A stretch of DNA of 59,799 nt, the filler included. It is 7 parts of 7 records of this genome, joined end to end, with 100 filler letters (N's around TTAATTAATTAA, not from the genome) between each part and the next. Parts side by side here need not be neighbours in the genome. Positions count along the whole stretch, not along the records: positions 1 to 9,000 come from DRR723986_41054; 6 more parts are not named here. One strand, written 5' to 3'. The translations under genes and the position numbers were made by a program. The notes under the pieces were generated by a model. That model searched no databases and was not told the origin of the DNA. It was given only the letters and a program-made list of their open reading frames with translations. Positions 1 through 8,810 of this stretch are shown here, piece after piece (the first letter of the stretch is position 1; each line of letters opens with the position of its first letter).

Positions 1-105
1 AATCCATGTTAATCGGATTTAAGGTCTCGGGCCCCCGAACCTGAAAAATGGTCTGTCTGGATTAGAATGTTTCAATCCCTGTTAATCGGGATTTAAGTCC
101 GCCGC
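1..105 (-). CRISPR. Edge of a CRISPR array: one full ~37-nt repeat (69-105), one ~36-nt spacer (33-68) and a second, variant repeat truncated by the window start (1-32)
   Basis: Minus strand reads GCGGCGGACTTAAATCCCGATTAACAGGGATTGAAAC, then a spacer, then GCCCGAGACCTTAAATCCGATTAACATGGATT at the edge. Period is 73 nt. The first repeat ends in ATTGAAAC, and both have an internal AATCC(C)...(G)GGATT hairpin. Only two repeats are visible and no cas genes. Confidence 0.65.
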
Positions 106-1861
106 TAGAAATAGGCGTCTTCTTAATCACTCCAACAGACTCTAATCGCTTGATATTCCTGGGCTCACGCCACACCTTCATTCGCGTTTGCTTTTTATTT
201 TTGGTCTGCTGAACTTTATTGTCCGCTGAGTTAACAAGACCGCCTGGACCTCCGTCTAGCGCCAGTCCTGGTGCGGGTTTGCGCTCGAAGACGAAGTTGA
301 TTACACTGTTTCCAACCATGAGGTTATTCGGCGTGATTGAGTCACCTAGAAAAGCAGTAATTATCTGTCGCTTAATCTCGGAATTACTGCGTTTATACAG
401 TGCACCGATGTCTGCGAGTGTTGACAGACAGTCGATGTTTTCAACTGTTAGTGGCTTCGATTTCTGTTTAAGCTCATCAAGAGCCATCTCTGCCAGCTGC
501 CGCTCCTTTTCGAGCTTGCTACTAAACTGTCGATAATCCCCCGCTTCGAGATTGCCATCAAGATAGTCTGCTTTGACTCTCTCAATCTTCTTGATGATTA
601 TGCCCAGTGTCTTTTTCTGACTGTCTAACTTCTCCTGCGTACCCGTATCAATCTGATCGATGTGTTTCTGAATCAAGCTTTTGAATAGATCGAAGTTCTC
701 CTGCCTGAATGTTAAAGAATCAAACAAACTCGTCAGATCCTGTTCAATGTCCTGCATGCGATGATTGACTCGGCATTTCTTGCAAATCAAGTAGTGATAC
801 ACTTTTGGGCCACTGGCAAGCTTGTGATGTTTGCGCATGGGGTAAAGGTTGCGTCCGCAGGAGCAGCGCATGAGTCCCGTGACTGCAACGTCAGCTGCCA
901 ATTCGTCATCTTTAACCCGACTTGTTTTCTTGACAGTCCAGCGATTGTTTGCCTTCTGCCATCCTTTCTTTGAAACAATTGCCGAATGTTTTGCATCGGC
1001 AACTCTGGGAGCATCTGTGCGTGTGTCCAGACGCATCTTGCCCATGTACACTTCGTTCTTAATAATTCGTTCCATCTTCACCGGAAGATTCTCAGTGTCA
1101 TAGTGTTCTTCCAGAATCCGGCGTCTAATCGCTTGCAGGCTGAGGTTGGTCGTTTGTGCCAGTTCGAATATGCGTTTGACTGTCTTGGCCCGCGTCGGGT
1201 GTAGCTCCAGTACAGAATAACCATCTTGCTGAATGTAGCGATAACCGTATGGCGGTTTGCCGTGTACATAACCAAGGGACGTTTTCTTCTTAACACCCGC
1301 TCGCACACTCTCACCGCGCTTCATATTTTCATTCTGAGCCATTAGTGCCAAAATGCTGCGAGGTAGAAAGTCCGATGAGTACGGCGAATATGTGTCGCAG
1401 GTGACAACCGCGATACCAGCCTGTGCGAGTCGATCAGATGCGTATGAACTTTCGGAAAAGACTCGGCTGAGACGATCTGAAGTAATTGCGACAATTGCCT
1501 CTACTTCCGGATGCGTTTTGAGATATTCAAGCAGCTGCAACCAGGCAGGACGGTTCATACTTTTGGCACTGCAGTGGTCTTCGAAAGTCGGGCCAACCCA
1601 CTCAAAACTGTTGCGTATCCCAAACTCCGCAATAGTATCTCGCTGCGCCATGAGCGAAAAACGCTGCGCCTGGTCCTCGGTGCTGACGCGAATATACCTC
1701 AGTGCTTTTTTCACCCGCTTCGAATCCGCAATGTTCTTTTTCAGCAAGGGTGACGAATGGTACTTGCCATCTGATACTTCTGCGACCTGAACAAGCAGAT
1801 CGATTGCTTTCTCGCGTTCGCTTTTTTTGCTCTGCCTATTTCTGCGTGCTTTAGAACTCAT
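62..1861 (-). CDS. Large serine recombinase (resolvase catalytic domain, recombinase domain, zinc ribbon, coiled coil)
   Basis: Motifs YIRVSTEDQ (catalytic Ser), DRLSR, PPYGY and CSCG...CKKC, followed by a coiled coil. The ATG at 1861 sits next to the upstream stop (ORF track start is 1873). Confidence 0.92.
   Translation of the reverse strand: MSSKARRNRQSKKSEREKAIDLLVQVAEVSDGKYHSSPLLKKNIADSKRVKKALRYIRVSTEDQAQRFSLMAQRDTIAEFGIRNSFEWVGPTFEDHCSAKSMNRPAWLQLLEYLKTHPEVEAIVAITSDRLSRVFSESSYASDRLAQAGIAVVTCDTYSPYSSDFLPRSILALMAQNENMKRGESVRAGVKKKTSLGYVHGKPPYGYRYIQQDGYSVLELHPTRAKTVKRIFELAQTTNLSLQAIRRRILEEHYDTENLPVKMERIIKNEVYMGKMRLDTRTDAPRVADAKHSAIVSKKGWQKANNRWTVKKTSRVKDDELAADVAVTGLMRCSCGRNLYPMRKHHKLASGPKVYHYLICKKCRVNHRMQDIEQDLTSLFDSLTFRQENFDLFKSLIQKHIDQIDTGTQEKLDSQKKTLGIIIKKIERVKADYLDGNLEAGDYRQFSSKLEKERQLAEMALDELKQKSKPLTVENIDCLSTLADIGALYKRSNSEIKRQIITAFLGDSITPNNLMVGNSVINFVFERKPAPGLALDGGPGGLVNSADNKVQQTKNKKQTRMKVWREPRNIKRLESVGVIKKTPISSGGLKSRLTGIETF
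143..155 (-). promoter_or_regulatory. IHF-consensus site in the putative CRISPR leader
   Basis: Minus strand TATCAAGCGATTA fits WATCAANNNNTTR and lies about 40 nt upstream of the first repeat, a position known for IHF sites in some CRISPR leaders. Confidence 0.4.
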
Positions 1862-1862
1862 A

Positions 1863-2024
1863 CTATTTCTCACTGGTATGTTTGTGATCGTTCCGATTTA
1901 AGTTAACGATTAAGGTGGCGAAGAGTTTTGCTAACTCGCCAATGTTGTTTGCAAGTATTTGAGATTCCTCATCTGAAAGTTCAGGATGTTGCAGTTTTAC
2001 TGCAGATAATAGTTCTTTCTCCAT
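1863..2024 (-). CDS. Small helical protein translationally coupled to the recombinase (possible accessory or directionality factor)
   Basis: 53-aa ORF MEKELL...TSEK whose stop is 1 nt from the recombinase ATG. Function is inferred from position only. Confidence 0.5.
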   Translation of the reverse strand: MEKELLSAVKLQHPELSDEESQILANNIGELAKLFATLIVNLNRNDHKHTSEK

Positions 2025-2189
2025 TGCTACGCCTTCGAATATTTCGTGCGAAATGGAGGGGTCCAGTACAAAAGAAACGATAAAATTGATGAATATCAAC
2101 GGCAAAACGCGAAAGTGTTAACCGATGTTATGATTTTGGCACTCTGGGTATTGCATCGCGCTTGAATCGAGCCGTAAATTGCGTGAGCG

Positions 2190-3152
2190 GTGGCCCCCCA
2201 CCACACAATTTATGGATTTACGATAGTGAAAAATTTTAGCGCATTTGGTCCTGTTCATGCAGCACCAAAGTTTCTGTACAAGGTATGCGCAAAGCATAAC
2301 AAACTTGTTGACTTAAACGCAATTACTCTGCTGGCACGGCTTATGTACCTTTGCCTGGATGAAGAAGACGGAAGAGTGTTTTGCACGTATGCGTCGCTTG
2401 AGGAATCTCTTGGCTTAACGAAAAATCAGTCTCAATCGGCAGTCAAGCGATTGAAAGCACAGAATTTAATTACTACTGAACCCGCACAGAATGGACGATA
2501 TTATTTACCTAACATGCCGTTTCTGCGTCACTTGGCAGATCTGTGCAATGGTCAAAAACAAAGAGGTAAAGCTCCTCTAAAACAATTTGACACACCCGTG
2601 AAAACTATGTGGAAAGAGTGTGGAAAACTTAAATCGGGGGATGCTGTAGAGCACCGGGGGGATACGCTGGAACGTACTACACCCATAGGCTGCAACGTAC
2701 CTCAAAAAGCTCCTATTCCTTTTAAAGCAAATAAAAAAGAAAAAACAGACCCTTCTAGAGTGTTGGAAGAGTTTGGCATGGAGCGGTTGAATGATCCCGA
2801 TGAGGCTACAAAACTTTTGATGCGGTTTGCGAAAGAGTCCTGCTCGTTTTCACATTCACACTGGAAAAAGTTTTTCCGTGAAGCTCAAAACTGTCGGAAA
2901 GCCGACGGATTCCTGCTCACGGTCGAGTCCAGGCATGAGTGGATATACAACATCAACCCGATCTTGCTCAAAGAGGCAGTTACGTGCGTAATCGAAAAAA
3001 CCACGCATCCAACCGTCAACGAAATTGCTACTACCCTGCTTCGTGACCGGGCCATTCTGGAACAGCGGTGCAGGACACGTTTCACGCAGTATTTCAATTG
3101 GCGAAAGGCCTGGGAGTTAAACAACATTCCCACGATCGAGGAAATACAATGA
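2190..3152 (+). CDS. Helix-turn-helix protein resembling mobile-element/phage replication initiators
   Basis: N-terminal winged-HTH-like segment (CTYASLEESLGLTKNQSQSAVKRLKAQNLI), low-complexity linker, helical C-terminus; divergent from the recombinase. Confidence 0.5.
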   Translation: MAPHHTIYGFTIVKNFSAFGPVHAAPKFLYKVCAKHNKLVDLNAITLLARLMYLCLDEEDGRVFCTYASLEESLGLTKNQSQSAVKRLKAQNLITTEPAQNGRYYLPNMPFLRHLADLCNGQKQRGKAPLKQFDTPVKTMWKECGKLKSGDAVEHRGDTLERTTPIGCNVPQKAPIPFKANKKEKTDPSRVLEEFGMERLNDPDEATKLLMRFAKESCSFSHSHWKKFFREAQNCRKADGFLLTVESRHEWIYNINPILLKEAVTCVIEKTTHPTVNEIATTLLRDRAILEQRCRTRFTQYFNWRKAWELNNIPTIEEIQ

Positions 3153-3338
3153 AACTTCGATCTATTAACATCGTCAGATTGCAGCGCCTGTGCCGAAGCC
3201 CGTGCTTGCTTTTTGATTTTTTTGCTTAGTTGTTGAATGGGGAATGCTACAACACGAGAGTTGACGTTGAGCTGAACTGCAGTTGAATAGTGCAGACAAG
3301 AGGCTGCGGTGTTGAGTCATGCGAGCAACAAATAGCCA

Positions 3339-3626
3339 ATGAAAACATTGGAACTGTTTAACAGGCCTGAGCCTTACCTCCACAGTTTTGCGCATTGCCT
3401 GGAACCCAATTGGGAATTCACTCCGAGTCGTAGCCAACCTGCCGCACATGTATTTGCACGTATGACGAAGGCAGATGAAGAGCAAACCACGTTCTCGCAG
3501 GCAGCAATACACTCTCGTGCTTTGTACGGAAGTGAGCCAACGCTTAGAGTGCAGATTAAGGATGAACTGTATGGTCAGTTACAGCGTTACGCTGCGCAAT
3601 TCCTGAGTGTGATTCCAGCTCATTAG
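3339..3626 (+). CDS. Hypothetical protein
   Basis: 95-aa ATG ORF with no recognisable motif. Confidence 0.3.
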   Translation: MKTLELFNRPEPYLHSFAHCLEPNWEFTPSRSQPAAHVFARMTKADEEQTTFSQAAIHSRALYGSEPTLRVQIKDELYGQLQRYAAQFLSVIPAH

Positions 3627-3887
3627 TGTTTGAGATGTTCCGCTTACTTGAAGGTGATGAAGAAGTTATGCGCGTAGTTCTCCAATCTCGTCTGGCAAAA
3701 CAAGAGTATTTTTTCGATACAACGATCACTCTCACACGAATCAGCGAAATGTCTCACCTGAAAACTTTTAAGAAAGAATATAAGAGTTGAGTAATCGGTT
3801 CAGTGGCCTATTTGATTTGTGGACTAACGGTTGCAAAGATGCAAAAGCAAATAGAGCAGATTGCTGAGCTTACCTTTAAGCACGATA

Positions 3888-3915
3888 ATCGCACCTGAAG
3901 GCGGTTGTGTAAAGT
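3888..3915 (+). repeat. dif-like Xer site 1
   Basis: ATCGCACCTGA-AGGCGG-TTGTGTAAAGT, 11-6-11 architecture; 20/28 identical to site 2. Confidence 0.55.
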
Positions 3916-4105
3916 GAATTTTGGCTGTTCTGTTGTTTCACTTGATCAAAGGAATGTCACCGATACCCATTTTCCTGAATTTGCACGGAGTTGTGTCCCA
4001 CAATTGCTCAAAATACGTATTGACTACGTATTTCAATTTTTTCGAAGATTGAGTATCATACCAATAAACTCTTTTCACTGTTTCCCTTTTTTTGGAGAAA
4101 AGATA

Positions 4106-5035
4106 ATGTCCACACTAGCGACAGAAACCACATCAACGCCTGAATTGGATTTTGTATGGCTTGAACTCACAAATCGTTGTAATCTACACTGTGTACATTG
4201 TTATTCAGAATCGAGTCCCTATACAGGTGAACAGGACATATTGAAAGAGTCGGACTATATAAGATTGATGAAAGAAGTTCGTGCTCTTGGATGCGAGAAT
4301 ATTCAGTTTATCGGTGGTGAACCAACCTTAAATCGTAGTCTTCCTCGCCTGATTGAAGAAGCAGCTAATCTGAAATTCCCATTTATTGAAGTATTCACAA
4401 ATTTGCATCACTTAAGCGAAAACCTGCTCGGCACGTTTGTTAAGTATGATGTAGCAATTGCGACATCATTTTACTCCGATGATCCAGAAGTTCATGATGC
4501 AATAACGACCCATTCTGGTAGTTTTCATCGCACCGTCAAGAACATGCGCCGTGTACTTGCTGCAGGACTTCGCCTGAGAGCCGGAATAATTATGATGGAG
4601 CAAAATCAGGCTAGGTTTAATGAGACGTGGAAGTTTCTTGAAGAACTTGGCATTGAGAACATTGGAACAGATCACGTACGAGAATTTGGCCGAGCAAATG
4701 AGGCTTCGAGTTGTGGAATGGAAGAGCTTTGTGGAAGCTGTGCCGGCAACATCCTTTCAGTGGGGCCAGATGGAATAGTGGCACCATGTAACATGTCAAA
4801 ATCATGGTCTGTGGGATCTGTTCTCGAAAACAATCTCACGGATATTGTGAGATCCGAGAAGCTTACACAAACCAGGCACAAAATTGGTGAAAGTGTTAAA
4901 GAAAAGCTGAAGGAAGCCCCGCATGCGGTTTGCCCGCCGAAAACATGTGCACCTTACTCGTCTTGTTGCCCTTCAACTCAAAGTTGCAATCCATGTGCTC
5001 CAAACGGTTGTAATCCTTGCTATCCTAAAGGTTGA
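4106..5035 (+). CDS. Radical SAM/SPASM(twitch) protein with a C-terminal Cys/Pro-rich (C-x-P)x7 tail
   Basis: CNLHCVHC (CxxxCxxC), GGEP, and a SPASM/twitch-like CGSCAG...GPDGIVAPC...VGSV segment. GGAG RBS precedes the ATG at 4106. Tail: CPPKTCAPYSSCCPSTQSCNPCAPNGCNPCYPKG. Confidence 0.9.
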   Translation: MSTLATETTSTPELDFVWLELTNRCNLHCVHCYSESSPYTGEQDILKESDYIRLMKEVRALGCENIQFIGGEPTLNRSLPRLIEEAANLKFPFIEVFTNLHHLSENLLGTFVKYDVAIATSFYSDDPEVHDAITTHSGSFHRTVKNMRRVLAAGLRLRAGIIMMEQNQARFNETWKFLEELGIENIGTDHVREFGRANEASSCGMEELCGSCAGNILSVGPDGIVAPCNMSKSWSVGSVLENNLTDIVRSEKLTQTRHKIGESVKEKLKEAPHAVCPPKTCAPYSSCCPSTQSCNPCAPNGCNPCYPKG

Positions 5036-5091
5036 TCAATTAGCTGACTTTTTGAGAAACTGCATAATCACATTAGTGAGTTCTGAGAGTT

Positions 5092-6189
5092 TTGGGCAAT
5101 AACATTCTTCGTCTACTGCTTAGAGTCTACGGAATGACGTGCGTTGCGCTCGTTGTCATTCTTATTGCCCAAAACTGGTTTGTCATGTCGCCTGAAGAAT
5201 ACGCCCCAGCGGACCAATTGAGAGTTGAGTTTCATAATAGGCAGGTCATTGGCCAACTTGTTGCTGGCACCCTGGTTCTATTCGGTTTGTACCTCACTTG
5301 GCGCCGCATGTTGGCAATTGAACGAAGTTCAACAACTGCTGAACATTCGCAAATAACACAAAGTTTTAATGATGCCATAAGTCAATTAGGCAGCAAAAAA
5401 ACACAAGGAAGAATGGGAGGTTTGTATGCCCTTGAAAGAATCATGCATAATTCAGAAGGAGATATATCTGCGATCGCAGAAGTAATTTCAAGATTTGTTA
5501 GAATCCAATCACCATATAATAGACCGACCGAAGAAATAGGCACTCAGGTTGAAGAGCGTGAATCGGTCGATCGCAGATATGTTTCAGCTGCAAAACATTC
5601 TAAGCTTGGAGAGGATGTCAAATCCGCACTTAACATACTAGGCCGCAGACCCAACATAGAAAGCAAGCTGATCAGAATATTTTTGCATGAGGCTGACCTT
5701 AGTCATGCAGTGTGTTTAGAAGCCAATTTTGAAGAGGCTGAATTTTGGAGTTCGAATCTTCAGTTCGTGAACTTCTGGATGGCCAATCTAAGACAAGCGA
5801 GTTTTTGGTGCTCTAACCTGAGTGACGCACACTTAGTTGGAGGGAATTTTGCTGGTGCGGATTTTTGGGGAGCCAATTTGCGAAATTCAGAATTGACTTA
5901 TGCTAACCTATGGGCTGTTGACTTACGCGAAGCTAATTTGGAAGGTGTAAACTTTGAGGAAGCATTTCTGGCTATGGCGGATCTTATAGGTTCAAAGGGA
6001 GTTACAGTTGAGCAATTGCTTTCAGCAAACAGTCTCTACAAGGCAAAAATCGACTCCTCAACTAAGGAAACTCTATACAAAAAGAAGCCTAGGCTTTTCG
6101 AAAAACCAGCGCGTTTTGATGAAATACAAGGATTACACTATACCTATGCCACACGATTTGAATATCCATTCAACGGCAAAGCCACCTAA
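5092..6189 (+). CDS. Membrane-anchored pentapeptide-repeat protein
   Basis: Two N-terminal hydrophobic helices, the RMGGLYALERI segment typical of this family, and A(D/N)(L/F)xx repeats (ADLSH, ANFEE, ANLRQ, ANLRN, ANLEG). Confidence 0.85.
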   Translation: MGNNILRLLLRVYGMTCVALVVILIAQNWFVMSPEEYAPADQLRVEFHNRQVIGQLVAGTLVLFGLYLTWRRMLAIERSSTTAEHSQITQSFNDAISQLGSKKTQGRMGGLYALERIMHNSEGDISAIAEVISRFVRIQSPYNRPTEEIGTQVEERESVDRRYVSAAKHSKLGEDVKSALNILGRRPNIESKLIRIFLHEADLSHAVCLEANFEEAEFWSSNLQFVNFWMANLRQASFWCSNLSDAHLVGGNFAGADFWGANLRNSELTYANLWAVDLREANLEGVNFEEAFLAMADLIGSKGVTVEQLLSANSLYKAKIDSSTKETLYKKKPRLFEKPARFDEIQGLHYTYATRFEYPFNGKAT

Positions 6190-6206
6190 TGGAGGTTATG
6201 TAAAGC
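6179..6206 (+). repeat. dif-like Xer site 2 (its TAA is the pentapeptide gene's stop codon)
   Basis: AAGCCACCTAA-TGGAGG-TTATGTAAAGC; right arm resembles XerD arms (TTATGTTAAAT, TTATGTAAACT). Confidence 0.65.
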
Positions 6207-6478
6207 TGTATAATGATGCACTCCTCCGGCTACGGAATATTGTGTTCCTTTATGGGATTTAATCCATTTACCAAAAGTTGGCATTTTTCGCAGCTACCCG
6301 GTCATTACCCCTTCAATGATTGACAAGGGGCATTTCAGGCCAAAACCTACGCTTAGAAGTACAGTGACTTCACCAAACCGTAGGTTTTCGTTTAGATGCC
6401 TCCGCTGGTCGATACTGTTCGTCCGCATACGGCGATCAGGTATTTCCCGCCGTATGTTATGGGCTGGTTTCCTTCGTG

Positions 6479-7855
6479 TCACTTTACTTTCACGATTATA
6501 CTGCGATGCAATACTTGCCCTTTGTCTCCCGTGAGTGTTATAATGTAAACACCTGCAGGTTGTTCACTGATGTCAAGTGTGCTTACGTTTTTCTTGTAGA
6601 CAACAATTTGTCCTCTTACGTTTGTGAGTTGCACGTTTGATTGAACAGAAAAATTTATTGTGCTGTTAGTTGGGTTGGGGTAAACCAAGATGATGTTACT
6701 TTCATTAATTACTGACAAAGGAGAACACAACGAACTTAAACCTGCCGTCAGAACAGGGCTGTTTCTTTGAATGGTTGTTCCATCTCCTAATTCCCCGTAG
6801 TTGTTCCACCCACATGCCCATAGAGTGCCGTCATTTTTTAGAAAGAGTGAATACCATCCACCAGCAGCAATCAAGGCAATATCTGCAAGAGAACCTAACT
6901 GTACTGGAGAGGATTGACTAATAGTTGTTCCTATACCCAATTCTCCAGATCTATTTCGTCCACAAACCCAAACAGTGCTATCACTTTTCAAAAATACAGC
7001 ATGGCTCCAACCTGTAGCAATAGCGGTGACTCCTGTAAGAGAATTAACCTGTACGGGGATTGAAAAATTGGTAGTTGAGCCATTGCCCAACTGTCCGTAA
7101 TCATTTTTTCCACATGCCCAAACAGTGCTATCATTCTTAAGAAAAAGAGAAAACCATCCACCGCCCGCAGCAATAGAGGTGATTCCCGTGAGAGAGATTA
7201 CCTGAACAGGAGAAGATTGACTGGTTGTTGAACCATCCCCTAATTGACCATCTCCATTATTTCCACAAGCCCAAGCAGTACCATCACTTTTCAGGAATAG
7301 AGAATGAGCATATCCTGCCGCAATAGCGGAGATATCTGTGAGTAAATTTACCTTGACAGGAATGGGTTGACTTGTAGTTGTTCCATTCCCTAACTCTCCT
7401 GAGCTGTTGTTTCCACAAGCCCAAACGGTACCATCATTTTTCAGAAAAAGAGAGTGATATTCTCCTGCTGAAATGGCAATAATGTTTGTAAGAGAGCTTA
7501 TCTGTACAGGCATAGCTATACTTGTACCTACACTATTTCCTGATTGCCCATACTGATTACTTCCACAAGCCCAAACTGTGCCATCATATTTAAGAAAGAG
7601 TGAATGGTCTCTTCCTCCTGCAACGGAAATGATACCTTTAAGAGAATTTACCTGAACGGGCATGTTTTGTTGAGTGAATGTTCCATTTCCCACTTGACCA
7701 TAATGGTTGTATCCCCAAGCTATTACTGTACTGTCACCGCAAATAAAGAAAGAGTGAGCATCTCCACAGATAACTGATTGTGCAATTGTAATATTGTTCA
7801 ATCCAATCAATGCAAATATTGCTATTGAAATTGATACTTTTATGTGCTTTATCAT
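6479..7855 (-). CDS. Secreted RCC1-repeat beta-propeller protein with a T9SS C-terminal sorting domain
   Basis: Signal peptide, about seven HSLFLKxDGTVWACGxNxxGQLGxG repeats, and a C-terminal VYPNPT...GVYII... Por-secretion tail. Confidence 0.92.
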   Translation of the reverse strand: MIKHIKVSISIAIFALIGLNNITIAQSVICGDAHSFFICGDSTVIAWGYNHYGQVGNGTFTQQNMPVQVNSLKGIISVAGGRDHSLFLKYDGTVWACGSNQYGQSGNSVGTSIAMPVQISSLTNIIAISAGEYHSLFLKNDGTVWACGNNSSGELGNGTTTSQPIPVKVNLLTDISAIAAGYAHSLFLKSDGTAWACGNNGDGQLGDGSTTSQSSPVQVISLTGITSIAAGGGWFSLFLKNDSTVWACGKNDYGQLGNGSTTNFSIPVQVNSLTGVTAIATGWSHAVFLKSDSTVWVCGRNRSGELGIGTTISQSSPVQLGSLADIALIAAGGWYSLFLKNDGTLWACGWNNYGELGDGTTIQRNSPVLTAGLSSLCSPLSVINESNIILVYPNPTNSTINFSVQSNVQLTNVRGQIVVYKKNVSTLDISEQPAGVYIITLTGDKGQVLHRSIIVKVK

Positions 7856-8274
7856 TTTGATTTTCTTTTAAAGTTTTTTTAATCATAAGGCTTTAGGTGT
7901 CGCCCCGTTTTTGAAATGGTTGCTGGTCTCCATTTTTAGAAATGATAGTTTGTTGTCAGTCAGAAAAGACTGCCAGGATGTTTCAAAATGAAAAGTCGGC
8001 GGCTCTCTTGACTGCCGCTTTCCATTGTGCTGTGTCGTTTTAAACTTACCTATAACATTCGCATATCACGAATGACATTCATGTTATCCTTGCCTCTTAC
8101 ACAAGTTTTATTCAAGATGCTCTTAAAATATTGAGAGTAAAGTATATAAAACGGATTCAATAACCCAGTACGAACATCGCCTTACTTCAGGGTGTGATAA
8201 AAACGTTGATCTATTTGAATCACGTTTAAATCAGCACTTTTTAAAGTGTAAAAGTTTTTGTCGGGTACCGTGCG

Positions 8275-8302
8275 GGCGCACCTAATCAAATTTATCTAAA
8301 GT
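8275..8302 (+). repeat. dif-like Xer site 3
   Basis: GGCGCACCTAA-TCAAAT-TTATCTAAAGT. Confidence 0.6.
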
Positions 8303-8581
8303 AGCGCATGGGTATACCAGCAATACTTTCTGTGTCCTGCCTCAGCTTGGGATAATGAGCAAATCCAATTTATAGAGTTTGACTTCCTTGATCTATATCC
8401 GAAGCTTGAAAAATGGGATAAAACATCAAGAGACGATTTAGAAAATATCATAAAGACAATAGACGACGCTTTCGAAGAAGGAGAAAAAGATGCTAATGAT
8501 TGATCCCAAGTCGAATCGTTATTAAGTGAGTATTCTAGCAGATCTGGCTCAGATCTGAAGTAAATTTTCGCGACTACTTTA

Positions 8582-8609
8582 AAGCCCTCTAATAAACCTT
8601 ATGTATAGT
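8582..8609 (+). repeat. dif-like Xer site 4
   Basis: AAGCCCTCTAA-TAAACC-TTATGTATAGT. Confidence 0.55.
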
Positions 8610-8668
8610 TGTAATCAGTCTTGTGGATACTATTCCATACTGATGAAGCTCTCGAACTTCACTCTAGA

Positions 8669-8810
8669 GTATGCCCAATCCCAGTGAAAATGACCGCCTA
8701 ATCCCATTGAACGTGACCGATTGCATTCTGTCAATGAGCGGTAGTTATTCAAAGATAGAAAATTAGTTTGTACACTTCACGATCGGTCATTTTCGTGAGA
8801 TGGGGCATAC
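8669..8810. mobile_element. 142-bp non-autonomous element (MITE-like) with IS21-like terminal inverted repeats
   Basis: Left end GTATGCCCAATCCCAGTGAAAATGACCG versus reverse complement of the right end GTATGCCCCATCTCACGAAAATGACCG. An internal second copy (ATCCCATTGAACGTGACCG) recalls the reiterated ends of IS21-family elements. No ORF. Confidence 0.55.

Noticed and set aside
3905-4105. 67-aa N-terminal extension of the rSAM ORF as a possible fused leader
   Set aside because: It starts at a TTG inside dif-like site 1 with no RBS; a GGAG-ATG start exists at 4106.
5057-5082. Possible inverted dif-like site between the rSAM and pentapeptide genes (AAACTGCATAA-TCACA-TTAGTGAGTT)
   Set aside because: Spacer is 5 nt rather than 6 and the arms match the other sites poorly.
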